A stretch of DNA of 27,866 nucleotides, taken from a virus (Duplodnaviria > Caudoviricetes). The number at the start of each line of letters is the position of its first letter. The stretch's first letter is position 1. A program made the position numbers and the translations under genes. Below the pieces are notes generated by a model that was given only the letters and a program-made list of their open reading frames with translations, had not been told where the DNA came from and ran no database searches. Of this stretch, positions 17,620 to 26,800 are shown piece after piece. The stretch lies in IMG/VR virus record IMGVR_UViG_3300017722_000385, positions 1-27,866 of that record; one strand, written 5' to 3'.

Positions 17620-18648
17620 ATGGGTCTCTGGAATACAATCAAGAAAGCCGCTCGCAGTGTCGGCAAGTTCGTCAAGAAGAACTGGAAAGCCATTCTTGGT
17701 GTAGCCGCCGCTGTGGTCATCCCATTTGCGGCCCCGGCTATCGCGGGGGTAATTGGCGGTAGCGCCTTTCTTGCCAGTACCGCTGTCGGAGGGTTCCTAC
17801 AAAGTGCAGCGGGCGCAGGATTAGTCGGCGCTGGCCTCGGCGCAGCCGCAGCAGGTGTGACCGGACAGAACCCCCTCCTTGGCGCTGCTCTTGGCGGCAT
17901 TGGTGCCTTCGGTGTTGCAGGCGGTATGAGCAGCCTGTTTGGCGGTATCGGTGGCGGTGCTCCTGCGCTTGGCGCAGCCGGAGCGACTACCCCCACTCTT
18001 GGCGCTAGCGGTGCCGTAACGGGTGGTCAAGGCATCCTCGCTCTTGGTGGCACGGCTGCCGGAGCTGCTGGGACTGCCGGAACTGTTGGAACTGCTTTGT
18101 CTGGTACGCTTAGCTCTCTGGCTACCAAGCTGGCGACAAATCCGCAGTCCATCGGTGCTCTTAGCCAGCTTGCCCTGACCATGTTCAACAAGGACATGAA
18201 CGAGCTTACGCCCGAGGAAAAAGCCCAGCTAGAGGAAGTGGCTTCGCAGGCTGCGACCAACCGCGCCCTGTTCGAACAGCAGGTCACGGAAGCAAACCGG
18301 CTTATCAATATGGGCACGCCGAACCCCGAACAGGCATATGCCAATGCCCGGTATGCTGCTGACACGCAGCTCCAAGAAGCTCAACGTGGTATGCCCGCCG
18401 GTCTGCAGGAAGCTGCTGCACGTAAGGCTGCCATTGCTGGTACTCAGGCCGGTCTCCAGAACGTGGCGCAGGATTACGCGCTGGCAGCAGATATCCGTAG
18501 CAAAGGTGTCAATATGCTGCCGGACAGGGCTCCGACCGGGTATAATCAGCTTGCCATGGAAACATACGCCGACCGTGAAGCGCGGCGACAAAAGTATGCC
18601 GAGCAGCAGAATAAAGCACTGGGCAACCTGTTTGGTTCGCTGGCTTAG
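17620..18648 (+). CDS. Ejection/pilot protein with glycine-zipper membrane segments (342 aa)
   Basis: Cationic amphipathic N-terminus, long GxxxG/AxxxG hydrophobic region, Ala/Gln-rich helical C-terminal half. Position fits the ejection module. Confidence 0.7.
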   Translation: MGLWNTIKKAARSVGKFVKKNWKAILGVAAAVVIPFAAPAIAGVIGGSAFLASTAVGGFLQSAAGAGLVGAGLGAAAAGVTGQNPLLGAALGGIGAFGVAGGMSSLFGGIGGGAPALGAAGATTPTLGASGAVTGGQGILALGGTAAGAAGTAGTVGTALSGTLSSLATKLATNPQSIGALSQLALTMFNKDMNELTPEEKAQLEEVASQAATNRALFEQQVTEANRLINMGTPNPEQAYANARYAADTQLQEAQRGMPAGLQEAAARKAAIAGTQAGLQNVAQDYALAADIRSKGVNMLPDRAPTGYNQLAMETYADREARRQKYAEQQNKALGNLFGSLA

Positions 18649-18659
18649 AGGGGGTTTAG

Positions 18660-20876
18660 ATGGCGCTTACCGAGCGGTCCGGCAGTGGATTTATTGTCGG
18701 CGGTGTAACGGACACAACGCCCGATTGGTTGGGTTCCTACACTGAAGGCTATGATGCTGCCCAGCAGCAGAAAACGACTGCCATAAATCAGCAGGAAGCC
18801 AAGCAGCGTATGGGTCTGGCCGTTGCTGAAGAGCAGCGCCTCGCGGCTAAGTTTGCTAATGAACAGGCTGACCGTGAAGCGGTTCTAAAATCGTACGCAG
18901 GTGTTACTGCGCCCGAAGTTACGCCGTTTACACCGCAGCAGGGCGCTGGACTTATGCCCGATGTCTATGGCCCAGTACAGCCGCCTTATACGTTAGGGGC
19001 TGCAGGCGCTGGTCCCACGGTATCCCCTGCGGCGGCTGCTAATCTTGAGCAGTACATGCCTGAGTTCACTCAGGTCGAAAGTGAACTTGGTCTACCAGCG
19101 GGCTATCTAAAGAACATCTCAATCCTTGAAAGTTCTGGCGGCTTAAACGTCGGGGATAGTAAGGGCAAATATGTTGGGATGTTCCAGATTGGCCCGGAGG
19201 TTGCCAAGGATTTCGGCATTACGCCTGAGCAGGCGAGAGACCCAAGAGTTGCTGGGCGCGTAGCAGCACTGCTTGCGCAGCGAAATGCTCAGTCTCTCCG
19301 TAAGGCACTTGGTCGTGAGCCGCAGCCGTGGGAACTTTACCTTGCCCATCAGCAGGGTGCCGGTGGCGCAGCCGCGCTGTTGAAAAACCCTAATGGTCGC
19401 GCTATCGACGTAATGACATCTGTGTACGGTGGCGACGCAGCCGTGGCGTATCGTGTCATTGTTGGTAACGGGGGTAGCCCGGACATGACTGCTGGGCAGT
19501 TTGCTCAGTTGTGGGGCCAGAAGTATTCCGGCCAGCCTGTGTCCGTTGAGGCCCCCGCTACTGCTGCGGCTGCTGCGACTGAACCCGGCGTTAGTATCCC
19601 GACCAGCGGGGAAGTGGACCCCATCTTTGTCGCGCAGAATGCTCCTGATAGCACCCGGTATGGTAAACAGCAGCGTGAAATAATTGCTCAGAGTAACCGG
19701 CGGCAGGCATGGCGCGGTATCGTCGGTGGTCTCCGCGAGGCAGTCCCATACGCTAATGACCTGTTTGAACAGTTTATGCCTGCTGAGGCAGCAGACGCTA
19801 GTACCGCCCAGCGTAAGGTAAATGCAGACGCACTTACGTGGTATGATCGTCCAGAGATCGGTAAGTTTTTCGATGCTAATCCAGCGGCACTAACAGAAGC
19901 ACGAAAAGACCCGGTAGCTTTTTACAAAAAGTACAAAGACCAATTCCCTGCCGCTCAGCCTACGCCGGGTGCACAGACCCAAACTGCTCCTCCTGCGCAG
20001 CCTTCTCCGGGCGTGCAGACGCAGCAGTCATTGCAGTACGCTCCTGCGCTAACACCTCCAAATACTATTGCTGCCGGTGTGGTAGAGCAGGGACAGGGAA
20101 CCATTGCTGACCAGATTGCCCGCACCCCTCCGGGCCGAGTGGTGACGCTTCCTGATAGTGGTATCTATCTTGTCGAACCAATGATGATCGACAACGAAAT
20201 GCGCCAGCTTGAAGCACAGCGTCAAAACCTGCTTGCTCAGTTTGAACAGGCGAAGGCGTTGCGCGATCTGACATCATTGAACGATGCACGAGACAAGCTG
20301 GTTCAGAACAGTGAAGCCGCCAATAAAATGCAGGCTATGAAGGTCCTGTCGGAAATGCAACAGGGCGATGATGATACGTTTGCCAGCGCACTTTCTGGCA
20401 TGACGCAAAATCGTGCTCGTATCCAGCGTCGCCCCGATGGTACGTTTAATTACTACTACGATGGTCAGCTTCGCGCTGAAGGTATTGATCGTAACCAGAT
20501 CATTGCCGGTCTGCGTATGCAGTACGACGATGCGTTCCAAGCGAATGTAACGGCGCGTGCCAAAGCTGCCGGTGAGCGCGATCAGAAAATCCTCGAAAGC
20601 GAACTTAAAATCCGCGAGCAGATTACGCTTGAAGAAGCCAAGATGCTTGCGAATGTCGCTGCTAAGCGCGACGAACTAGCGATTAAAAATGCAAACCCTG
20701 AGTATAACATTACTGTTGGGGACGACGGTACTGTGACCGCCGTACCAAAGACAGGTAATCCCGTACCGATCCGGTATGTGCCAGAAGTTATTCTTGGGGT
20801 TGACGACGAGCCAGTGCTTGATGCGGACGGCAATCCGAAGTACAAACTTGTTCCTGCACCTGTGCAGGGCCAATAG
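18660..20876 (+). CDS. Ejection protein with lytic transglycosylase (SLT-like) domain (738 aa)
   Basis: Motifs ISILESSGG (putative catalytic Glu at nt 19128), VGMFQIGP and ELYLAHQQGAGGA, flanked by Pro/Gln linkers and a helical C-terminus. Confidence 0.82.
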   Translation: MALTERSGSGFIVGGVTDTTPDWLGSYTEGYDAAQQQKTTAINQQEAKQRMGLAVAEEQRLAAKFANEQADREAVLKSYAGVTAPEVTPFTPQQGAGLMPDVYGPVQPPYTLGAAGAGPTVSPAAAANLEQYMPEFTQVESELGLPAGYLKNISILESSGGLNVGDSKGKYVGMFQIGPEVAKDFGITPEQARDPRVAGRVAALLAQRNAQSLRKALGREPQPWELYLAHQQGAGGAAALLKNPNGRAIDVMTSVYGGDAAVAYRVIVGNGGSPDMTAGQFAQLWGQKYSGQPVSVEAPATAAAAATEPGVSIPTSGEVDPIFVAQNAPDSTRYGKQQREIIAQSNRRQAWRGIVGGLREAVPYANDLFEQFMPAEAADASTAQRKVNADALTWYDRPEIGKFFDANPAALTEARKDPVAFYKKYKDQFPAAQPTPGAQTQTAPPAQPSPGVQTQQSLQYAPALTPPNTIAAGVVEQGQGTIADQIARTPPGRVVTLPDSGIYLVEPMMIDNEMRQLEAQRQNLLAQFEQAKALRDLTSLNDARDKLVQNSEAANKMQAMKVLSEMQQGDDDTFASALSGMTQNRARIQRRPDGTFNYYYDGQLRAEGIDRNQIIAGLRMQYDDAFQANVTARAKAAGERDQKILESELKIREQITLEEAKMLANVAAKRDELAIKNANPEYNITVGDDGTVTAVPKTGNPVPIRYVPEVILGVDDEPVLDADGNPKYKLVPAPVQGQ

Positions 20877-20884
20877 GGGGCATC

Positions 20885-23800
20885 ATGGCTGGTTTGAACG
20901 ATCCGCTTACGCAACTTGATTATGGCGAACAGTTCGTACGCGGGCCACAAAGCACTACACAGATGTCCGGCCTCGCTGGTTTGGCCGCACCGGCGAATGT
21001 AGATATTGCCCGGTCCAATCAGGCTACACTAGCGCGTATGCGCGACTTCGGCGGGTCGTTGAAACTTACCGCACCGCAGGTTCCGGATACACCTACCCAG
21101 CCGCAGGGTCCGGTCCTCGCCATTAGCCGTTCGACCGGTAAAATCTGGGCGAATGGTAAACTGTTTTCCCGCGATGATGCGCAGGGTGCGCTTGAGAGTG
21201 AGCAGTTTCTTGGTGGGGCACCGACTCCGCCGCCGCCGGAAGAGGCCCAAGACTGGGAACCGCTTGATCCAGAAGCATACGCCCAGCATATCGGTAAGAT
21301 CAAGAACCCCAGTCTGACTACACTGGCGGCGAAAAATTTCGGCATCGGCGTCGATAGCATGCAGATGATAGGTGGGTACGGCGCACAGTTCCTTGGCGCA
21401 ACTGAAACCGGGCAGGGTATTGTTCGCCAGCAGCTTGAGGATATCCGCAAGAACGCTCCGTACCAGCGCAGTCTAGAGGATGTGCCCGAGCGCGGTGCCG
21501 TAGAATGGCTCGTCGCCAATGTCGCCCAACAGGGTCCGAACCTGATTGAAAGTCTTGTGACGGCTGCTGCCGGTGCCGCTGCCGGTGCCGCCGCTGGCGG
21601 CGGTGCCAATCCGTTTACTGCCGTTGGTGGCGCAATGAGCGCCATGGTCGGTAAACAGGCTTTCAAGCAGGCCGTTATGTCTGCTGTCCAGAAGCAGATC
21701 AGGGGTGAAGTCCTTGACGCTGCGGAAGAAAAACTTCTGCGTGAGGCCACTGGCATGACAGTGGCTGCCACCAAGGCTCTGGCTGATGATGTTACCAACG
21801 CCTATGGCGGTCGCACTGTGCTGACTAATATCATCAATAAGTCTGCTGGTGCCCGCAATCAGGCTATGACTGGTGGTGCTGCGCTTGCATCGACCGCACA
21901 AAACTACGCCACGGGTGTAGCCGACCTGTACGGTGAAAGCGTTGAAGGTGGTCAGCCCGACCGCCTCATGGCTGCTCTTGGCGGTGTACCGTATGCTGCC
22001 GCTGAAACCTTGCCCGAGTACCTAGCCGCACTGCGGTTGTTTAAGGGTATCGGCATGAAGGTTACACAAGCCGGTGGCCGAGCCGGTCGCGTCGGGACTG
22101 CCGCTACCAATGTTGGTGTTGGCCTTGGCGCAGGTGCCGCCCTTGAGGGTACGACCGAAGCGTTCCAAGAAACGCTCGGCATTGGCATGAACGCCGATGT
22201 GGACGTGGATAGCCCCGAGGGTATCTCGCGCCTGCTGAATGCTTTTGCTGCCGGTGCCGCCATCGGTGGTCTGGTCGGCGCTGGTTCCAGCCTCAATACG
22301 GGCAAGGCCACTGACCTGCTGTCCGGCGGCACCAAGCCTGCGGAGCAGGGCGGCACGACACTAACTTCGACACCAGAAGCTCCCCCCGTCCCTTATATCA
22401 GTATGCCCCCGACTGCGGCACCGACTGCGGCACAGCCGCAGGGTGAGATGTTCCCCGGCACTCCGATGGGGCAAACTCCTGCACAGGTGCCGACCGGGCC
22501 AATGCAGCCTACCGCTGCCCCCGGCGGGCAGATAGATATGTTTGCCGACTACCAGCCGCCGCCGTTCACGCCGGGAGAACCGATGTTTATCGGCCCGGAG
22601 GCCCGCCCGCTTCGTTCTGCCCTGTCGCAAGTTGCCGCCGATAGCTTGCCGGGTGCACAGCCGCCCGGTGCTATGATGTTGCGGCGCGGTACGGGTGGCT
22701 CCGCACTGGCTCAGACTGCCGATATGCAGGGTCCGGCCATGCCGATGCCGGGTGCACCGACCTACGCACAGCCCAGCGATATCAATCCGCAAGGTGAGTT
22801 GTTCCCCAGCGCCCCTACGGGTGTACAGTTCAGGGCACCGGCTACGCCACAGGAACTTCCGCCGAGCGCAGATGTTGGTGGTATGCAGCTTGCGCTGCAG
22901 CCGCAGAGGGAACCGGAACCCCCGGCCCCACCGCGTAATGCCATGACGGACAGGCTTGCTCAGCTTCGTCGCCAGATGGAGTTCGAGCAGGCGCAGCAGC
23001 AGGCTGCGGGCACTCGCGTTACGCCTGCCGAGCAGGTCTATGACGAAGCCCTGCTAGACCAGCCCATCGTGCTCGACACCGAAGGTGCTTCGACAGGCAA
23101 GAACAAACTTACAGACGATGGTCGCCGCCGCATCATCGCTGGCTTCAACATGCTCGACAAGCAGCAGCAGGATGCCATCCTCGTAGAATTCGACAACGAC
23201 GAAACCAAGCTGCTTGACTACGTGAGGCGTGCCAAGCCCCCCATGGTGCGCAAGCAACTTGCTGCGTTGGCGAAGGTTGAGCCCAGCGCGTTTGAAGTCA
23301 AGGTTCCGAAAGCCACCGCACCGCAGGCTGCGGCCCAGCCCATCGTAGAGGAGACCGCCAATGCCGCTGAAGTCGGGCAAGTCGAACAAGGTAATAAGCT
23401 CCAACGTGAGCAAGATCGTAAACGAGTGGAAGGGCGACGGGACAATCGGAACGTCCCGGCCCAAGTCCAAGAAGAAGGCCGTCCAGCAGGCGGTGGCAAT
23501 CGCCTTAAGCAAGGCAAGGCCGCGCAAGCCGCAAAGCCGGTAGCGCCGAGCAAGCGGTCCAAGCTGACTAGGGAAGAACCAACGCCCCCAAAAACCGAAG
23601 GGGCAGCAGCCGCCCCCTCAAAAAAGGCTGAGGCAGGCACTGCCGTAGCAGTTGTCGAACCGAAGAAGCCTGTCGAGGATATCGAGGCCAAGCGCAAGGT
23701 TGCCAAGGCACAGGCCGAACAGGCTGAGATCGAAGCCCTTGCAAGCCGCGCTCTAAGCGATCAGGCTGAAGTTGAAGCCATGATCGTGGCATACAACGAA

Positions 23801-26800
23801 GCCGAGCCCGGCAGTGTCGAGAGCGATGACGCGCTGGTCGCGCTGATCGAATACTCCAAGGACGGGTCGATTGGCCGGGGCGCACGCACCCGCGCACAGG
23901 ACTACCTTGCCTATGAGGTAGACGAAAACGACATCAAGCTGGCTGAGCGCAAGCTGTCCGGTGAAGTCGATGAGTTCACAGAAGACCAGATCGACCTAAG
24001 CCTTATCTCGACTACCATTGACCTGTTTAACAGCGGGCAGATCACCAAGCTGCAATCATCTCTTATTGGCAGACTTGTATCTGCGTGGAAGCGGATCAAG
24101 TCCAAGGGGATGAGGATTGGAGAGATTACTGCTGCGGACGGCAGCAAGAAGGACATCCCGGCAGCCGCCTACATCAAGGGCGGGCCGCAGTTCTTCAACA
24201 TCAAGAATGGTAAGATCGTACCGGAGGGGTACTTCTCCATCTCGCAGTGGGACAACCCCGACAGTCCAGTGCCTGCCGGGCGCATCAAGCTCATCGTCCA
24301 GCGGTTTACGTCCAAGCTGGCGGTCAAGCCCAAGGTCTATGTGTTCCGCAATCAGGCCGACCTAAAGACCAGCGACCCCCAGCTCTACACCAAGATGCGT
24401 GCCGGTCGTGCGGCTGCTGACTTCGACACGGCAGTGGCTGCGGGCTACTCGCTTAGCGATACGGTTATCATCTTCTCGGATCGTATCGGCAGCGAAGACC
24501 ATCTGGCCTTTGTGCTGGCCCACGAAACGCTGGGCCACTTCGGCTTCCGTGGTCTCATGGGCAACGCCGACTTCAACGCGCTCATGGGTAAGTTGTACGA
24601 CAGTGATCCGCGTCTGCGTGCGGTTGCCGACATCACCATGAGCATTCGCAACCTGCCCAAGTCCGAGGCGGTCGAGGAGTATCTGGCGGATTATGCCGCA
24701 CAGCTTAACACCCGGCTGGTGCTTCGCTTCTGGAACGGTGTGAAGAGCACGCTCAACCGCGTGGGCATCAAGTTTGGCGACGAGGCTACGCGCTACCTGT
24801 TGAGCCAGTCGCGGCGGTACGTCCGCACTGGCCAGAAGTCCGGTGTGTTTGAAACCAGTTCTGTGATGAGCCGCCTCTGGGCCGTCGAGCATGGGCAGAT
24901 GGGCCGCTTCAATACCATTGACATGAGCAATGACAGCATCGCTGCCAGCGGTGCTATCCGCTCTGGTGCTCCGTACATCCCGCGCAATCTAAAGGACGCT
25001 GCCGGAAAGCTGCTTAACCTCAACATGTCGTGGGACAAGTTCAAGGAAACATTCTTCAGCCTGTCTAATTACCAATCTCTGCGCAATCCGGGTTTGTACA
25101 ATTTCCGCCGTCTGGTTGATGAAACGACCAACATGGAACAGGCTATCTTCAATCAGTACAACGAGCGGCTGGCGCAAGTGTTTAATCGCAGCGACGCTGA
25201 CAAGGACACCATCAGCCGAGTGTTGATGGAAGGTCGTATCATTGCGGCGAACCGGCTGATCAACAAACCACTATCGGTGGATGACCGCCGCGAGCCGCTG
25301 TTCAAGATTGAGAACGGCGAGCTTATCCCGTTGGGACCCGCTATCGAGAGGTTCATACAGCGCGGCATACTGAGCGAAGTTGAATTGCGGGATGGCGTTG
25401 AATACGTGCGCCAATATACCAGTGAGGACGGCAATACGTTCTCTAAAAAGGAGCGTTTTGCTGGCATTAAGTCTCTGACTAAAGATCAGTACAAAGACTA
25501 TGAACTGATCCGGCGCACGATTGCCAGTGTAGAGCTGGACCTGCTGGAAGCCAAGTATAACAGCCTTCTGCATACCGAGGACAAAGCGTTCCGCGCGATC
25601 TCTCGCCTGCTCAAGACCAGCAAGGCACAGGGCGCAATGAAGGCCATGGTACAGAAAGCCACTGTCAGGCATCGTGAGATATATCTGGCAAACATGAATG
25701 CCGATCCGCTGGGTAAAATTTCGCTTACGCCGGAAGATTTGGCTAAGGCTGATAACTTCCTTGCGGCTGTGAATAAGGCGCTCATCAGTGCTGATGCCAA
25801 GAACGATCCGGCGGTAAGAGATTTCTTCGATAAGCAAGAGCAAGCCGATGACTTCATTGCCGACCTTGAAAAGTTCCGGGCTGACCGCAAAGCGCCGGAC
25901 AGCGATCTAACCTATCTGTTCCAGAACCAGATCAAGCAGCTCATTCTTGAAGATGTTGGATTGGCCAAGGAAGACGAAATGGCCAAGCGTACCATGGCTG
26001 GCGGTTATGTGCCGTTCATCCGTGACAATCCGTACGAGGTACGCATTGAAGCTGTAGACGATAAAGGCGATCCAGTCCGTCTGCACGAGGACCACAAGAG
26101 GCTGCTAGTCTACAGCCAGATGGAAACAATCGCTTCAGCCAAAGAAGCGGCTGATGTGCTGGCAAACGAGTTCAAGGGTAAGACCTACACCGCATTGGTC
26201 CGGCAGGATGATGGTAGCTATAAGGCGCAGCAGATCAACTTGCGTGTGCGCTACGGCGAGGCTATCTCCAAGCTATCGGCTGATCCGGGTTTGAACCTTG
26301 ACGAGTTCATGCACGGCCTGCGTCTGTTCCAGATCAACGTACCGCCTGATAAGATGAAGCAGATCATCACTACGCTGACAGAGGCTGGCGATCCGCTGCG
26401 TAAGAAATTGGAATTTGCCAACGTGCCGGGTATTGACAAGACCACCGGCATCTACGCCATGGCTAAACATATTCAGGCGCGTGGTGCGATCATTGCCAAG
26501 ACGACAACCCGTCCAATGATGCGCGATCTGATGGACCTCTATAACGCTGACAGCCGCGAACTGTGGGCTGGCAATCCGCAGGGGGTCATCAAGGCATTCG
26601 AGGCGTGGAAAAACGCAACTGATCTTAACTACAAGCAGCATCTGCGCCATCAGCTTGACCATGCGTTGTTCATGTTCCGGCAGACGGTGCCCAATTCCAA
26701 GGACTGGGATGGTTCGCGTGCGCAGTATGATAAGTTGAAGGGTAGTTGGGCACAGACCAACATGAACCGCTTTTACAATACTGCACAGAAGCATCTCGAC

